A stretch of 64,000 bases of DNA from Octopus vulgaris (lineage: Eukaryota): assembly GCA_951406725.2 (NCBI GenBank), contig OX597822.1:44392001-44456000 (forward strand), given 5' to 3'. This document shows positions 24,818 through 38,956 of the stretch, piece after piece; the stretch's first letter is position 1; every line of letters starts with the position of its first letter. Made by a program: the position numbers and the translations under genes. The notes beneath the pieces were generated by a model, which ran no database searches, was not told the DNA's origin, and saw nothing but the letters and a program-made list of their open reading frames with translations.

Positions 24818-25402
24818 AGCGTGTGTGTATGTGTTTGTGCGTGTGTGCTTGCATGTGTTTGTGTGTGTGTGTGAGTGTGCCTGTGTGTGTTGTAAATGTG
24901 ATTATATACATATGAGTTTAATTCAATCAATTCTTACAAGCATGCAATTTGTTTCGGCCATTAAATGCACTCCTCGGAGACACATTTTTCTGAAGATAGC
25001 TTTTAATAGCCGAAAGAAATGGGTTATTTTGTTTCTTTCTCTGTGTATGTATGTGTGTGTGTGTGTGTGAATATTTTGAATATTTACGTAGAATACTGTG
25101 TTTTTGTAATTAAGTTCCTTTAAATGTTTAATACCCGCATCTGCGATTATGTCTACGCGTACACACACACACACACACGTCTACACACAAACACACGCAC
25201 ACTCATACATACACACACATGTATATATATAGATGCAGACATGGATGTACGTTTTGGAACCTTAAATTGGAACCCCGTGTCTTCAAGATCAATACCACTG
25301 CACGGCACCTTGGACAAATGATGTCTCATTCTATGACCAGGGACTGAGCGATGTCTCTTGTGTTTTATAGATAAAACTGCGTGAAAGCATGTCGTGTGTG
25401 CG

Positions 25403-25718
25403 TCAAGAACCCCCTTTGGTCACGGATGACCATGGGATTGCACCTAGAAAGTTCCCCTGCGAGGCACAAGTCCGGGCAAGGTTGTTTATGGAAGACCAGT
25501 AGACATACCGGCCTCCCCTATCCACGCCACCAATGTAATCGAAGGAAAAAGCAAGGCTGACCAGTGACGTCGCAAACACATTTCTACAGCTGAATAAACT
25601 GGAGCAACAATAAAGTGTCTTGATCAAGAACACAACACGCAGCTCCGTCCAGGATTCGAACTCACAACCTCGTGGTCGTAAGTTCGAAGCCCTAACAACT
25701 GGGCCATGTGCCTTCACT
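25403..25718 (-). mobile_element. tRNA/CORE-type SINE
   Basis: The minus-strand head gaaggcacatggcccagttgttagggcttcgaacttacgaccacgaggttgtgagttcgaatcctggacgg is followed by gtgttcttgatcaagacacttt. Confidence 0.75.
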
Positions 25719-25725
25719 TGTGTGC

Positions 25726-25772
<47 letters not shown>

Positions 25773-25784
<12 letters not shown>

Positions 25785-26479
25785 TTAGAGACAAAACCAC
25801 TATTTTAAGTGATGTCTGTTTCTAGAGCGGGAATGTGGGTTGTATGTGTGTGTGAGGGAGTATGAATAAGTATTGTGTTGAAGTATTTAGCTATTTTATT
25901 TATTTATCGTTGCCTAGACGTTTTTATGTGTATGTATAGGGATATATATATAGGTGTGTGATTTAGTGTATGTATTTAGATATGGTTATATATAATTAGT
26001 TATATGTGTATGGGTGTATATATAGTTTATTTTTTGTTTTGTTTTATATTTTATATTTTATATTTTATATTTTATATTTTATATTTTATATTTTATATTT
26101 AATTGTTGATAGGTTTATTTTAGTTTATATATTGTTTATATATTGATTATATATGGATTATATATAGGTTATAAATAGATTATATATTTATATTTTTTCA
26201 TTAATACTTTAATTATTTTAAAATTATTATTTTTATATTTTAAAATATTGATATTTTAGATTGGAAGTCCACCTGAAGATTGTCGATCAAGACAAGAAAC
26301 AATTGTAGTGGCGGTTTTTTTGACTTTTTATTAAAATTTTATGTATTGATTAAGTCTTTCCTTGTTTGTTTTGCAAAATAGTGGTTTTGTCTCTAATAAT
26401 ATTATATAATATTTTACTATAAAATTGGATTTAATCCTAAATCTGATTTTTTCCCTGTAAATTTGGATTTATTCCCTAA

Positions 26480-26482
<3 letters not shown>
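25773..26482 (+). mobile_element. Non-coding Penelope-like element with short 5' inverted segment and HHR, embedded in (TA)n
   Basis: 25773-25806 is the reverse complement of 26375-26408. Canonical HHR at 26269-26311; (TA)n on both sides. Confidence 0.7.
26269..26311 (+). ncRNA. Minimal type I hammerhead ribozyme
   Basis: ccac-CTGAAGA-ttgtc gatcaa gacaa-GAAA-c aatt g-TA^-gtgg. Stem I is ccac/gtgg, stem II is a perfect 5 bp, stem III is the palindrome ACAATTGT, and the triplet is GUA. Confidence 0.85.
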
Positions 26483-26540
<58 letters not shown>

Positions 26541-27517
26541 TGATATACATGTGTGTATGTGTGTGTGTGCATGTATCTGCTTGAGTGTTTATTTTGTTGC
26601 ATTCGCACTGTTTGACATCCGGTGATGTTTTGTTTGTATCTCGATATATTAGTGGTTCGCAAGAAAGAGACCGACAGAATATGTAACAGACTTGGAATAA
26701 ACAAAGTAATGCGCCCCATCTGTTCGACTAAACCCTTCAAGGTAGTGCCCCGATTTGGCCGTAGCCTAGCGTCTGATATAGAAAGAATTGCATGTACTAC
26801 ATCGAATCCTTCTGGATTTTTAAATATACTAGGGGACGCATACTCAAAGGCTTACAGAAAATATTACTAGGCAATCGATGGATTCTCCTGTCATGAACGA
26901 CGTGTGATGGGTCCAACAGTTCTTGCAGAAGAATCTGCACAGATATTCTTATAGTAATGTGATGTGGAAGGTTTCCGACCAGCCCAATTGGACTGTCACT
27001 TTGCTATAAAATAAAGTACTGTGAGCAACTGAGGGGAAGCAGTTCACTGTGAGCCGTTGGCAGAGTGTGTTTAACCTCGAGTAATATTAATATTATTGAG
27101 TCGTATAAATACTTTCTTTACCCCTGTTCGTTAAATTATAATATCTCACACCAGGACATAAAATAATGAAATGTATGTTCTCTACACAAGCTCCATCCAT
27201 CAAATTCATACTGCTTGTACAGGTACAGGGTGTGCCAATCTCCATATGTAAAAGTTATCGTAGAGCAACTTGAAATTAAATGTTTTTGCCCAGGAACACA
27301 ACGGAGCGCCCGATCTATGACTCGAAACCATCATCTCGCGATTATCAGTGTCACAACTTAACCATTACTCCACGCCACTTTCACACATGATGCTAAATCC
27401 GTGAGTAATCCATATCATAATGACCTCCGACGCGGTTGAACAACGAATCTCAATCAGTCGGTATTGATAACATCGTTGGTACTATTCAATCTTTCAATCA
27501 CTGAATACAAAACATGG

Positions 27518-27653
27518 CTCACCCTTCTGCGCCTCAGCCTTGTACGCCTCACCCTTGTTCACCTAACTCATGTGCGCCTCACCCTTGTACGCCACACACT
27601 TGTACGACTCACACTTATACGCCTAACTCTTGTGCACCCCACACTTGTAAGCC
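27518..27653. repeat. 15-bp minisatellite, ~9 diverged units (ctcacccttgtacgc)
   Basis: Direct reading; periodic LTLVR translation in the ORF track. Confidence 0.85.
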
Positions 27654-28293
27654 AATCCATTATCTTGTAGTGGATTGGCATGTAGTTGAGCGACGTAGAA
27701 CAAAGCGGAATGAAGTCTTTTCCTCAAGAGCAAAAAGCACAACTTGTGTGGGGATCGAAACCACGATCTCGTGATCTTGAGTACAGCCACTAGGCCACGC
27801 GACTTCACTAATCCATAATACGCAGGATTTATACATGTAAAGAACATGATACAACACGCACGGCAACCATATGACATATTATAGCACTTGAAAATTTATA
27901 TATACAGGCACAGGCGTGGCTGTGTGTTAGGGTCTGTCATGTGTGAGAAATGAGAGAGAGAAAAAGAGAAATGAGAGACAGAAAGACACATAGAAAACGG
28001 TTAAAGAGGGAGGCGGGAAAAGGGAATTAGAGAAGAATGGAAGCAGAAAACAGTATCGAGTCGCATACACACACACACACACACACATATTTCCAATGGG
28101 CTTCATCACATTTTCCTTCTTCGAAATTCACTCGTAAAGTACTGGTCGACCCGTGGCTAAAGTATAAGACATTTGCCTAAGGTTCTGCGTAAAGGACTAA
28201 ACTTGAAACCGCGCAGTTGCAAAGCGATCTTCTTAGCAATAGAGACACCAACTTAGTATTCCATATGTGTGTGTGCCTCTGTGTGTGTATGTG

Positions 28294-28346
<53 letters not shown>

Positions 28347-28387
28347 GAATATATATATATGTATATATATATATGAATATATATATT

Positions 28388-28472
<85 letters not shown>

Positions 28473-28685
28473 CATTTAAATATATATATATATATGTCTA
28501 TGTATGTATGTATGTATGTATGTATGAAGGGTAGAAAACTCAACGGTAAAATAGAAAACCAAAGCACTACTCGTGGTTGAGAAATAATACGCGCCGAAGT
28601 TCTCGGTTAAGCAACGAAATCACGCAATAAATAAATACGAGACTGGCGAATCTCTGATCATATCTTTACATTTTATTGTTGCTGC

Positions 28686-28929
28686 TCTTCTTCTTCTTCT
28701 TCTTCTTCTTCTTCTTCTTCTTCTTCTTCTTCTTCTTCTTCTTCTTCTTCTTCTTCTTCTTCTTCTTCTTCTTCTTCTTCTTCTTCTTCTTCTTCTTCTT
28801 CTTCTTCTTCTTCTTCTTCTTCTTCTTCTTCTTCAGCACCATCATCATCATTATTATTACTATCGTTCCTGTTAGTAATATTATTCTTATGTGTTGTGGT
28901 AATTATTACTTTTATTATTATTATTATTA

Positions 28930-29010
<81 letters not shown>
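28686..29010. repeat. Perfect (TTC)n of ~150 bp followed by (ATT)n
   Basis: Direct reading. Confidence 0.95.
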
Positions 29011-29012
<2 letters not shown>

Positions 29013-29867
29013 ATTATTATTATTAATATTATTATAACTACATAATAACTACTTCACCAACCACTAGTACTGCTGTTACACCAACTGCCATTACGACTCT
29101 ATCGTTCCATCTCAAGATCCTATATTACACCGCGAAATTGTTAAAAAACAAAATAAGCGAAAGAGAAAAAGAAAAAGAAATAGAGCGAGAACAAGAGAAA
29201 GAGAGAGAGGGGGGGAGACGGAGACGGAGAAATAGAGAGGATGCGTGTCTCTGAATGTGTGTATGTGTTTGAGAGGGTGAGAGATAGAGAAACAGAGAGA
29301 GAATGAGATGAAAGGAGGTTGCTGGATAAAGACAGAAATAAGCGATAGAAAAATATATGACAAACGCAAAGAAAATACAAACTTTATAATATAAATAATT
29401 CTATGAGTGTAATGTAGAGTCGTAACTGATCGATAAATCATCGTTTTCATTCTAACGTCCATCATTATATTTCATTTTCTGCACTGGTTTTGATTATATT
29501 TTATTTTATTGGGATTTCTTTCTTAGACTATACTATACCGCCATCTTTGAAACTCACTCTTAACGTCTTATGGCTGCTTTGATTTCATTTTTATTTCATT
29601 TTATTTTATATATCTCGTTTAGCTTCTTGTCTTTTTGGCTTCTTTTTTCCCTCATCATCTTCATTTTTTTTTTTTTTGGTGAACTTAATCATTTTTTATG
29701 TACAATAGAATGAATGTATACGTGTATATATGTATTTGCATATATACACGTGCACATTCACACATATACATACAAATACACATACACACACATATATGCA
29801 ATCTGAATATATGTATATATGCAAATATATATATATGCATATATATATATATGGACATACGTTAATA

Positions 29868-29930
<63 letters not shown>

Positions 29931-29961
29931 GTTATATATACATATTTATATATATATATGC

Positions 29962-30004
<43 letters not shown>

Positions 30005-30277
30005 AGTATATACATATATTTATGTATATGTATATATATACACGTCTGTATGCTTTTATATATGAATATGTGTGTGTATGTAGTATGCATTAATATATGT
30101 GTGTGCGTGTGTGTGTATATATATGTGAATGTATGTATATATATATACGTTAACATACACTACTCACATATGTATATACATATATGTATATACACGTCTA
30201 TTTGCATCTATATATACATAATATGATAATACATATATGTATATATATGTATAAGTTCATATAATATATATATACGT

Positions 30278-30349
<72 letters not shown>

Positions 30350-31587
30350 ACAACACAACAGATGTATACATGCTACTGATATAGACATATAGAGCGACAT
30401 ATATTTAAGAGTGTACAGATGAATGGATAAAGAAAATTCGCATATGAAATGAGACTCTCATGTGTTTTAATATGTGCAAGTACGTATATGTATCTATAAA
30501 GCTACGTAGCTATTGACATGCGAGCTTGTATGTGTATGGATAGATACACACATACACACACATATATATACATACATAGAGATGTACATATACACATACA
30601 TGCATTCATACTTACAAGCAATACATACTTACACACGCTCACACCTATATAAGTATATATATATATATATATGTGTGTGTGCATGCCTGTGTGTAAGTAT
30701 ATATATATATATATATATATAAACATGCATATACATATTTTTCTATGTTGGTATATAAACAGCTAGATGGAGAAGTCAAAGATTAAGGGTTTGACAGGTT
30801 GTAGGGATAGTATATGTTGAATATGGATCGATAAATCGATAAATAACTGTTAAATGTTATTGCACTTTGAAGCTGTCGTTCTTTGCAAAAATTTCAATAT
30901 TTAACCCGGCGATCCACAATATCCTCACTATCACAACCGCCATCCAAACCTTAGACAATAACAACAAGTGTAACAACAACAACATTGGAAACGGATAGTG
31001 ATTAAATAACAACAGTAACAGAAATATTAGAGACAAAAATAACTGCAATTAAAAACAACACTGTTAGCGACAACAACACAACGTCATTAGCAACATGAAA
31101 ATATTAGCAACAGAATCGCCAGCCACGAGACAACACCACTAGCTACAGCAATAGCAGTGAAGACCACAACGGTAATGGCGTTAAAATTAGCAACGCCAAC
31201 AATGATGGTAACGAAAACGTTAGCAATAACAAAGAAGTTGATGACGGTAGCATGAACAGTAGCCGCAACAAAACATTAGCAACGGTAGGATCATTATCAT
31301 CGTCAGCAACATTAATAGCAATGTATATGTTGTTAGTGATAGCCGCATTAGCAACTACAACAACAGTAACGAAAAGAACAACGATAGCACCAGCAAGAAA
31401 TTAAAGTATGACTTTCGCGATATCGATAACAATATCAAGTGCATTAGCAACAACAAAGACAGCTGCAGCATCGGCAATGACAACAATAACAACAAAGTGG
31501 ACAACAGTAAATTGCAGCATCATTACCAACAGAAACATCGATAGCAACAAAGAATGCAATGACGTAGCGTGAACAACACGTCAAGAA

Positions 31588-32173
31588 TATTCTTTTCCAC
31601 TCTAGGCACAAGGTCTGAAATTTGGTGAGAGGAAGTAGTTCGATTAGATCGACTCCAGTACGCAACTGGTACTTAATTTATCGACTCCGAAGGGACGAAA
31701 GGCAAAGTCGACCACGGCAGAATTTGAACTCAGAACGTAAAGAAAGATGAAATACCGCCAAGCATTTTGCCCAGCGTGCTAACGTTTCTTATTTCTTTAT
31801 TGCCCACAAGGGGCTAAACGTAGAGGGGACAAACAAGGACAGAAAAAAGGATTTTAAGTTGATTACATCGACACTAGTGCGTAACTGGTACTTAATTTAT
31901 CGACTTCGAAAGGATGAAAGGCATTTGGACTCAGAACATAAAGACAGATTTACTACCCACAAGGAGCTAAACACAAAGGGGACAAACAAGGAGAGACAAA
32001 CGGATTAAACCGATTATAACGATCCCAGTGCGCAACTGGTACTTGTTTAATCGACCCCGAAAGGATGAAAGTAAATGTCGACCTCGGCGGAATTTGAACT
32101 CAGAACGTAACTGTAGTCGAAATACCGCTAAGCATTTCACCCGCCGCGCTAACATTTCTGCCACCTCGCCGCC
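31588..32173 (-). mobile_element. SINE family B composite (multiple units)
   Basis: Repeated aactggtacttaatttatcgac...gaaaggatgaaaggcaaagtcgac...gaatttgaactcagaacgtaa; the head is at ~32173. Confidence 0.85.
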
Positions 32174-32979
32174 GTCAACGCCAAGAATATTAGTAGCAAG
32201 ACGTCGGTTACGGAGTCAGTCACCTCAGCAGCACTTCATACATGAATCTGGCTAGCAAAGTGTATGCATAAACGTGTGTCTATATATACGTAGGTTATGA
32301 CGACGAATGTTCCAGCTGAGCCGATCAACAGAACAACCAGCTCGTGAAATTAAAGTGCAAGTGGCTGAGCGCTTCGCAGACATGCATATCCTTAACATAC
32401 TTCTCAGAGAGATTCAGCGTGACATGGCCCCCTTTGAATTACAGGTACAACTCATCTTTTACCAGTTGAGTGCCTTGCTCAAGAACACAACGCACCGCAA
32501 GGAATCGAACTCATAAACTTACGATCGTGGTCAGGATATTCGGCCCACGATCGTAGCACCTTCGCAACAATAATAGTAGTAACAACAACGCCGACGACAA
32601 AATCGAAGGCAAAAAATTGCAATAACAACAATAGCAACAATAACATAAACAACAACATCAACATCAGCAAGAACAACAATGGAATAAAGAAAAAACAAAA
32701 GCACCAACAACACCAACAACAAGAATGGTGATAATCAGTCAGGATCACAATAATGACCTCGATGACAATAGCGACAAAAATAGCAACAAAGTCGGTGGCA
32801 ACGATGAAATTAACAACAAAGACGACACTGAGAACAACAGCAACAATATCGATGATAACGATGACCGATCAATAGCAACGACAGCCACAACAATGGCGAC
32901 CACGATACTGACGACAGCAACAACAATAAGGAAAACAATGACGACTAACAGACACTATTTAGTCTTGGGTTTATATGTG

Positions 32980-32986
32980 CTCTCTC

Positions 32987-33038
<52 letters not shown>

Positions 33039-33242
33039 CTCTGACCTTATCTCTCTCTCTCTGTCTGGCTCTCTTTATCTGTGTGTCTGTCTTTCTCTCT
33101 CTCTCTCTCTTTTCTCTCTTTTTCTGTCTCCATATCTTTCTGTTTTTCGTCTCTCTATTTCTCTGTCTATCTCTTTTCCTCTCTCTCGTTCTCTCACTGT
33201 CTCACTTTGTCTCCTTCTATCTCTCGCTCTCTCTGTCTCTTT

Positions 33243-33286
<44 letters not shown>

Positions 33287-33830
33287 CTGTTTCTGTATCT
33301 TTGTCTTTTTGTTTCTCTCTTTCTCTGTCTCTCTCTCTACCTCAGTTTGACTCTGTCTGTCTCTCTGTCTGTCTCTCTTTCTCCCCCTCTCTCTCTCTCT
33401 CTCTTCTCTTTTTCTGTCTCCATATTTTTCTGTCTTTTCTCTCTCTCTTTCTCTGTCTATCTCTTTTCCGATCTCTCTCTCTCTATGTCTCAGTTTAACT
33501 CTGTCTCTCTGTCTCTCTCTCTTTCTCAATTTGTCTGCCTTTCTCTCTCTCTCTCTTTTTTATCTCTTTTTGTCTCTCTATATCTTTCTCTTTTTGTCTC
33601 TCTCTTTCTCTGTCATTCTCTTTTCTCCTTCTCTCCCTCGCTATCTGTCTTTCTCTTTCTCTCTCTCTCTTTTCTCTCTTTTCTCTCTTTTTCTGTCTCT
33701 ATATTTTTCTGTTTTTGTCTATTTCTTTCTCTGTCTATCTCTTTTCCTATTTCTCTCTCTCTCTCTCTGTCCCACTTTATCTCTGTCTATCTCTCTGTCT
33801 CTTTCTCTCTCCCTCTCTATAGCTCTCCCT
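32980..33830. repeat. Degenerate (CT)n polypyrimidine block, ~850 bp
   Basis: Direct reading. Confidence 0.9.
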
Positions 33831-34100
33831 CTCACCCTACCTTTTCTATCGCTACTACAATTTCCATTCTTACTCGGAAAACAAGAGAGGGCATCTCCTC
33901 CCTCCACTATTTCCAATCCCATCGTTTCTCCGCCCTTAGTTTCACCTCGTCGCCTAACACTAACCAGATCACTCTCCCACTGTAAAATTCCCCTTCCCCT
34001 CATATTAGTCTTGGGAGCGTTCATGGAAAAATATCATTGGACACTCCCTTCCACCTATGATACTCTGAGATGCAGTTCAGGTGTTATAAATAGGGAGATA
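33830..34100 (+). pseudogene. Degraded LINE (CR1/Jockey-group-like) ORF2 C-terminus
   Basis: cttttctatcgctactacaat = LFYRYYN...SE...LLPP and later LPSTYD...VIN, matching the common LFYRYY...WNxLP...YDL LINE tail motif, with frameshifts. Confidence 0.45.
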
Positions 34101-34144
34101 TCCCCCTTACCAGACATTGTTAACAGCGTATGACAGCACAGTTC

Positions 34145-34318
34145 TATATCTAAGAGATGAGGAATTATGTACATTATTTATGTTATTTACATTCGACGGA
34201 TATTTGTGCTCATCTTGTTTGTTGTTAACACAACGTTTCGGCTGATATACTCTCCATCAGGTGTCTTGGAGTAATTTCGAACCTGGATTCTCATTCCTAA
34301 GGTATTTTTCCATGTTAT
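34145..34318 (-). mobile_element. Short Penelope-like repeat with degenerate HHR (34228-34264)
   Basis: The minus strand reads acac-CTGATGG-agagtatatcagcc-GAAA-cg-TT-gtgt. Homologous to 35327-35500 in the opposite orientation. Confidence 0.6.
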
Positions 34319-34321
34319 TTG

Positions 34322-34644
<323 letters not shown>

Positions 34645-35175
34645 GTGGCTCTCATGGCTTCTGATCTTAACTGATTGGAAGTGTTATCATGTACATTGTT
34701 TTGTCTTGGTATAAAAGATGGGCTACAGCAAATATTCTGCTCAATACCACAGATTTGCTTGTCAGTTGTTTGACCTTAACCAGTTGAGCATGTCCCTTAG
34801 TGGCTGACAATATGTGCATCTCTGATCACGAGCAGAAGTAGTGGGGGAGCATCATAGCCATGTGTTGAGAGGGATTCTTTGGGGTTTGAATAATTCACCT
34901 CTGGAAACATGGGTGGTTCTTTCAACATCCTTAAACAACCCTTATTCAGGGACCGTTTGAGCGGGATGGGCTACTCAATCTGAAGAAAATTCTAACTGGG
35001 CCCCACCTGCAAGGTCATGTGCTTTTTATTTTGATACGAGGTCACCATGTCGCACACATATCGTTGTGATGCATGTGCCTGGTGTACCCTTATCAGACGG
35101 GTAGTCATGATGGGTATATTGGGCTTCGTATATTTTACCCCAGTGTCACTTTGATGGCATGAACTGCTCTCTCAC

Positions 35176-35176
<1 letters not shown>
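34645..35176 (+). mobile_element. ~530-bp non-coding retroelement 3' segment inserted in (TAA)n (second copy)
   Basis: Homologous to the reverse complement of 21028-21560; flanked by (TAA)n on both sides. Confidence 0.8.
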
Positions 35177-35235
<59 letters not shown>

Positions 35236-35255
35236 TGATGATGATAATAATAATG

Positions 35256-35326
<71 letters not shown>

Positions 35327-35331
<5 letters not shown>

Positions 35332-35500
35332 CATCGAAAAATGCGTTAGGAATGAGAACTCTGGTCCGAAATTTCCCCAAGACACATGATGAAGACTGGA
35401 GGGTATATCAACCGAAATGTTGTTAACAACAAACAAGATGAGGATAAATATCCCTCAAATGTAAATAATGTAAATAATGTAAATAATGTAAATAATGTAG
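35327..35500 (+). mobile_element. Short Penelope-like repeat with degenerate HHR (35382-35423)
   Basis: acac-ATGATGA-a-gactg gagggtatat caacc-GAAA-tg-TT-gt; ends in (gtaaataat)n. Confidence 0.55.
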
Positions 35501-36552
35501 CGTGTCACAGGAACTGTGGGAGGCTATAAATGGTGATCTCCTGGAATGAGTGTGGGAGGTTGGAATCTCTACGGTCGAGGTTCCCAATAGTGCAACAGAA
35601 CTCAGACATTGATAAGAAACGGTAATTGTGGGATCCCTTGTTCTGTGGAAGATAGTATCTGGATAGGAGTTCTAGTTGGCCATCTCGCGTCGACAAAAAT
35701 CCGTTCCTACCAACTAAGAACAAATTCCATCTCCAAACTTATTATATTGCAATAGTGATAACAGAGGAACCAAAAGCAGGCAGTAGCGGCGAAAACAACA
35801 ACAAAAATAACTACCATAACGGCAATTTCAGCATCAAAAGAAAAGTTCAATAGCGACAATAACTCAAGCGAATAAATAAATATACTTATATGTGTGTATG
35901 TAGGTATGTATATACATATATACACATACATAAATGTTTACGTGGGTGGGTGTGTATGTGTGTGTAATTACATGTTCACACAGACACATATGCAGAGAAG
36001 GAGTGCGTGACAGTTTGATATATAGATAGGAGATATATGAATACATCATTTAGCTCTATGTAATTACGACAACTACGTAATCTTTCTCGTACCACTGGTT
36101 TCATAGAATTTGACCTGTTGCTTTATCTCGATTCTCTGTAATCTTTTATGTCTGTGTTGTAAATACAGACGTGTGAATGAATAGTATGATTGCACATGGT
36201 TGAGTTGTTTGTTCCATGAAGATAAATATTTTGACATTTTCTATAAACCAGCACTATAGCTTATGTACTATAATATTAAAGCAATGAAGGTAGATTTCGA
36301 TTATGCTTATTTTATAAAAAATGAGTTTCCATTTTTTTTCCTTTTTCCACTTTTCTACTATGCTGTAAACATTCAACGTCAAATATATTCGTCTATGATT
36401 TATAATACAAGATTACATTATATTGGTGGCACTTTGCACAATGAAACTTAACCGTAACCGTCATTAATGCACAAGGTTTCGCTTCCATTTCAGAAATAAA
36501 AGATACATAAATATTCCGGGGTTTCTATGATATATATACACATATACATATA

Positions 36553-36601
<49 letters not shown>

Positions 36602-36610
36602 GTGTGTGTG

Positions 36611-36641
<31 letters not shown>

Positions 36642-36656
36642 GTATATATATATATC

Positions 36657-36961
36657 ACGTGATCACGTGTCCGACCAGGCTATCAGCTGATGCTACACAT
36701 CACTGTTCACAATGCGCTTCGCATTGTTTAAGCCTTCAATGACGCCACCCCGCTGGCTAAGCGAGCAGGCCAACAGAAGAAAGAGTGAGAGAAATTTGCG
36801 GCGAAAGAGTACAGCAGGGATTGCCACCATCCCCTGCCGGCGCCTCGTGGAGCTCCAGGTGTTTTCGCTGAATAAACACTCACAAACCCCTGTCTGCGAA
36901 TCGAAACCGCGATCCTACGGCCGCGAGTCCGCTGCCCTAACCACTGGGCCATTGCGCCTCC
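36657..36961 (-). mobile_element. tRNA-Arg-derived SINE family A, full length
   Basis: The minus-strand head ggaggcgcaatggcccagtggttagggcagcggactcgcggcc; the tail differs from the 8904 copy. Confidence 0.85.
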
Positions 36962-37010
<49 letters not shown>

Positions 37011-37361
37011 CATATACATATAGGCGCTGGAGTGACTGTATGGTAAGTAGCTTGCCTACCAGTTACATTGTTGTGAGTTCAGTCTCAGTGCGGGACAGCT
37101 TGGGCAAGTGTCTTCTAGTATAGCCTCGAGCCGACCAAAGCCTTTTGAGTTGATTCGGTGGACGGAAACTGAAAAAAGCCCGTCGTATATATGCCGAAGT
37201 CTCCTGGAGCTTCAAGCGTTTTCGCGCAATAAACACTCACAATGCCCGGTCTGGGAATCGAAACCGCGATCCTACGACCGCGATTCCGCTATCCTAACCA
37301 CTGGGCAATTGCACCTCCATTCACACACACGCACACACACACACACATTTATATATATGAC

Positions 37362-38790
37362 ATGACAGTTGCATCCTCGATTCACGAGAAAAGCCATTGT
37401 CAAGAAGACTTACCTAAATGATTCATGATTGTTGACATGTGATGCCCATATATGACTTTTAAGCCCGACCAAGCTTTTACACATTTTATTACATAGTAGA
37501 CAAGTGTGCCAGCTGGCAGGAGAAACAGGTGCCACCATATGTACTCTCTTAATATGTCTTTTTCGACCTCCAGCTGAGAGACACACTCTTCCACATTTCA
37601 CACATGTTCTGTTTAGAATTTTAATAGCCACATCATTGTTTATCATGGGTCGATTTCTATAATTTTGATGACTCACCAGGCCTGCACGACTCAAACACCT
37701 CCGCCCACAAACCACACACATAAAAAGCAACACTCTCTGACTTTCCACAGTTTCCCCCCTTTTAAGCCCCCTTCTAATTCTCTCTCTCTCTCAAACCTTG
37801 AACAACCATCATGCACTATCTTCCTCCATCCATCAGGGTCTTGTGCCTCACTCTCCCAATTACCAGCTGCAATTCCTGTCTGTATTAGAACATATTTAAG
37901 GCAATCCTTAAACCTTAGTTTAGGCTTATGCGCTAGTCTCCTGCCATCTTCCAGCTGCTTGGGCACTTGCTCATCGCTCATCCTTACCAAATGTCTCCCT
38001 CCCCCACACACCTCAAACGTCTTTGCAAAATCATTGACTCTATACTCCTACCGCCGCTCCTCTCAAGCATTTCCACATTACTAATGGCCATTTTCCAGTT
38101 TATCCTCAAATTTTTCTCAGACAGTACTGATGAAATCGTTCCAATTGCCTTGCCTGCTTACGGTAAACAACCCATGCCTCACTTCCATATAGCAAAGATG
38201 GGAGGACGCATGTATTATATACCTTAACTTTAATTTGCGAAGATATATTTTGTTGTTTCCACAGACGCCTATCAAGCCTACCAAAAGCACTACTAGCCCT
38301 GCTGATTCTGTAGGAAATTTCATCATCAAGACGAGCAGTGCCCAAGGTACTTCCTGAATAAATAAATCTAGGAACAGTCTCCAACCTTTGACCATTCACA
38401 GTTATATAATGTTCCACATACTTGGAGGGAGCAGGCTGGTACATTATAAAAGTTTGTTTTTAAATTGATTGTTAGACCCAATGCTGCACATGCTGCAGAA
38501 ATCGCATTCACCATGAGCTGCATATCTTTCTGAGAATGTACCAACAGGTCACAATCATCTGCATACAGAAACTCAGCAAGGTGAGAATGCAGAACTTTCG
38601 CTTTGTCACAGAGTCTTTTGGGATTGAACAGTTTCCTGTTGTCCTATATCTTATATAGACCACTTCAGGGCAATCTTTAAAAGCTATTTGAAAGACTATT
38701 GCGAAATATATAGCAAACAGTGTAGGAGCAGAAATATCACCTTGCTTTACACCATTTTTATTTAGAAATTGGATCTCATAAGGTACCTCC
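37362..38790 (-). pseudogene. 5'-truncated, frameshifted RTE-clade LINE (RT C-half, thumb, C-terminal C2H2 fingers, 3' end)
   Basis: GVKQGDISAPTLFAIYF, LYADDC, FIYSGS, SAFGRL, VYNTCVLPSLLYGSEAW, KPKLRFKDCLK, then three CxxC...H fingers. RTE-like 3' end ctcgtgaatcgaggatgcaactgtcatgtcat. Confidence 0.9.
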
Positions 38791-38882
38791 AAATTTAACT
38801 CTCACTTCCAAACACACACACACACACATACATACACATATACAAGCACACACACACACACATATATATATGATAGATCCAC

Positions 38883-38956
<74 letters not shown>

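Noticed and set aside
35505-35715. Coding-looking sequence (also 26780-27070)
   Set aside because: No frame gives a recognisable motif; possibly old retroelement debris.
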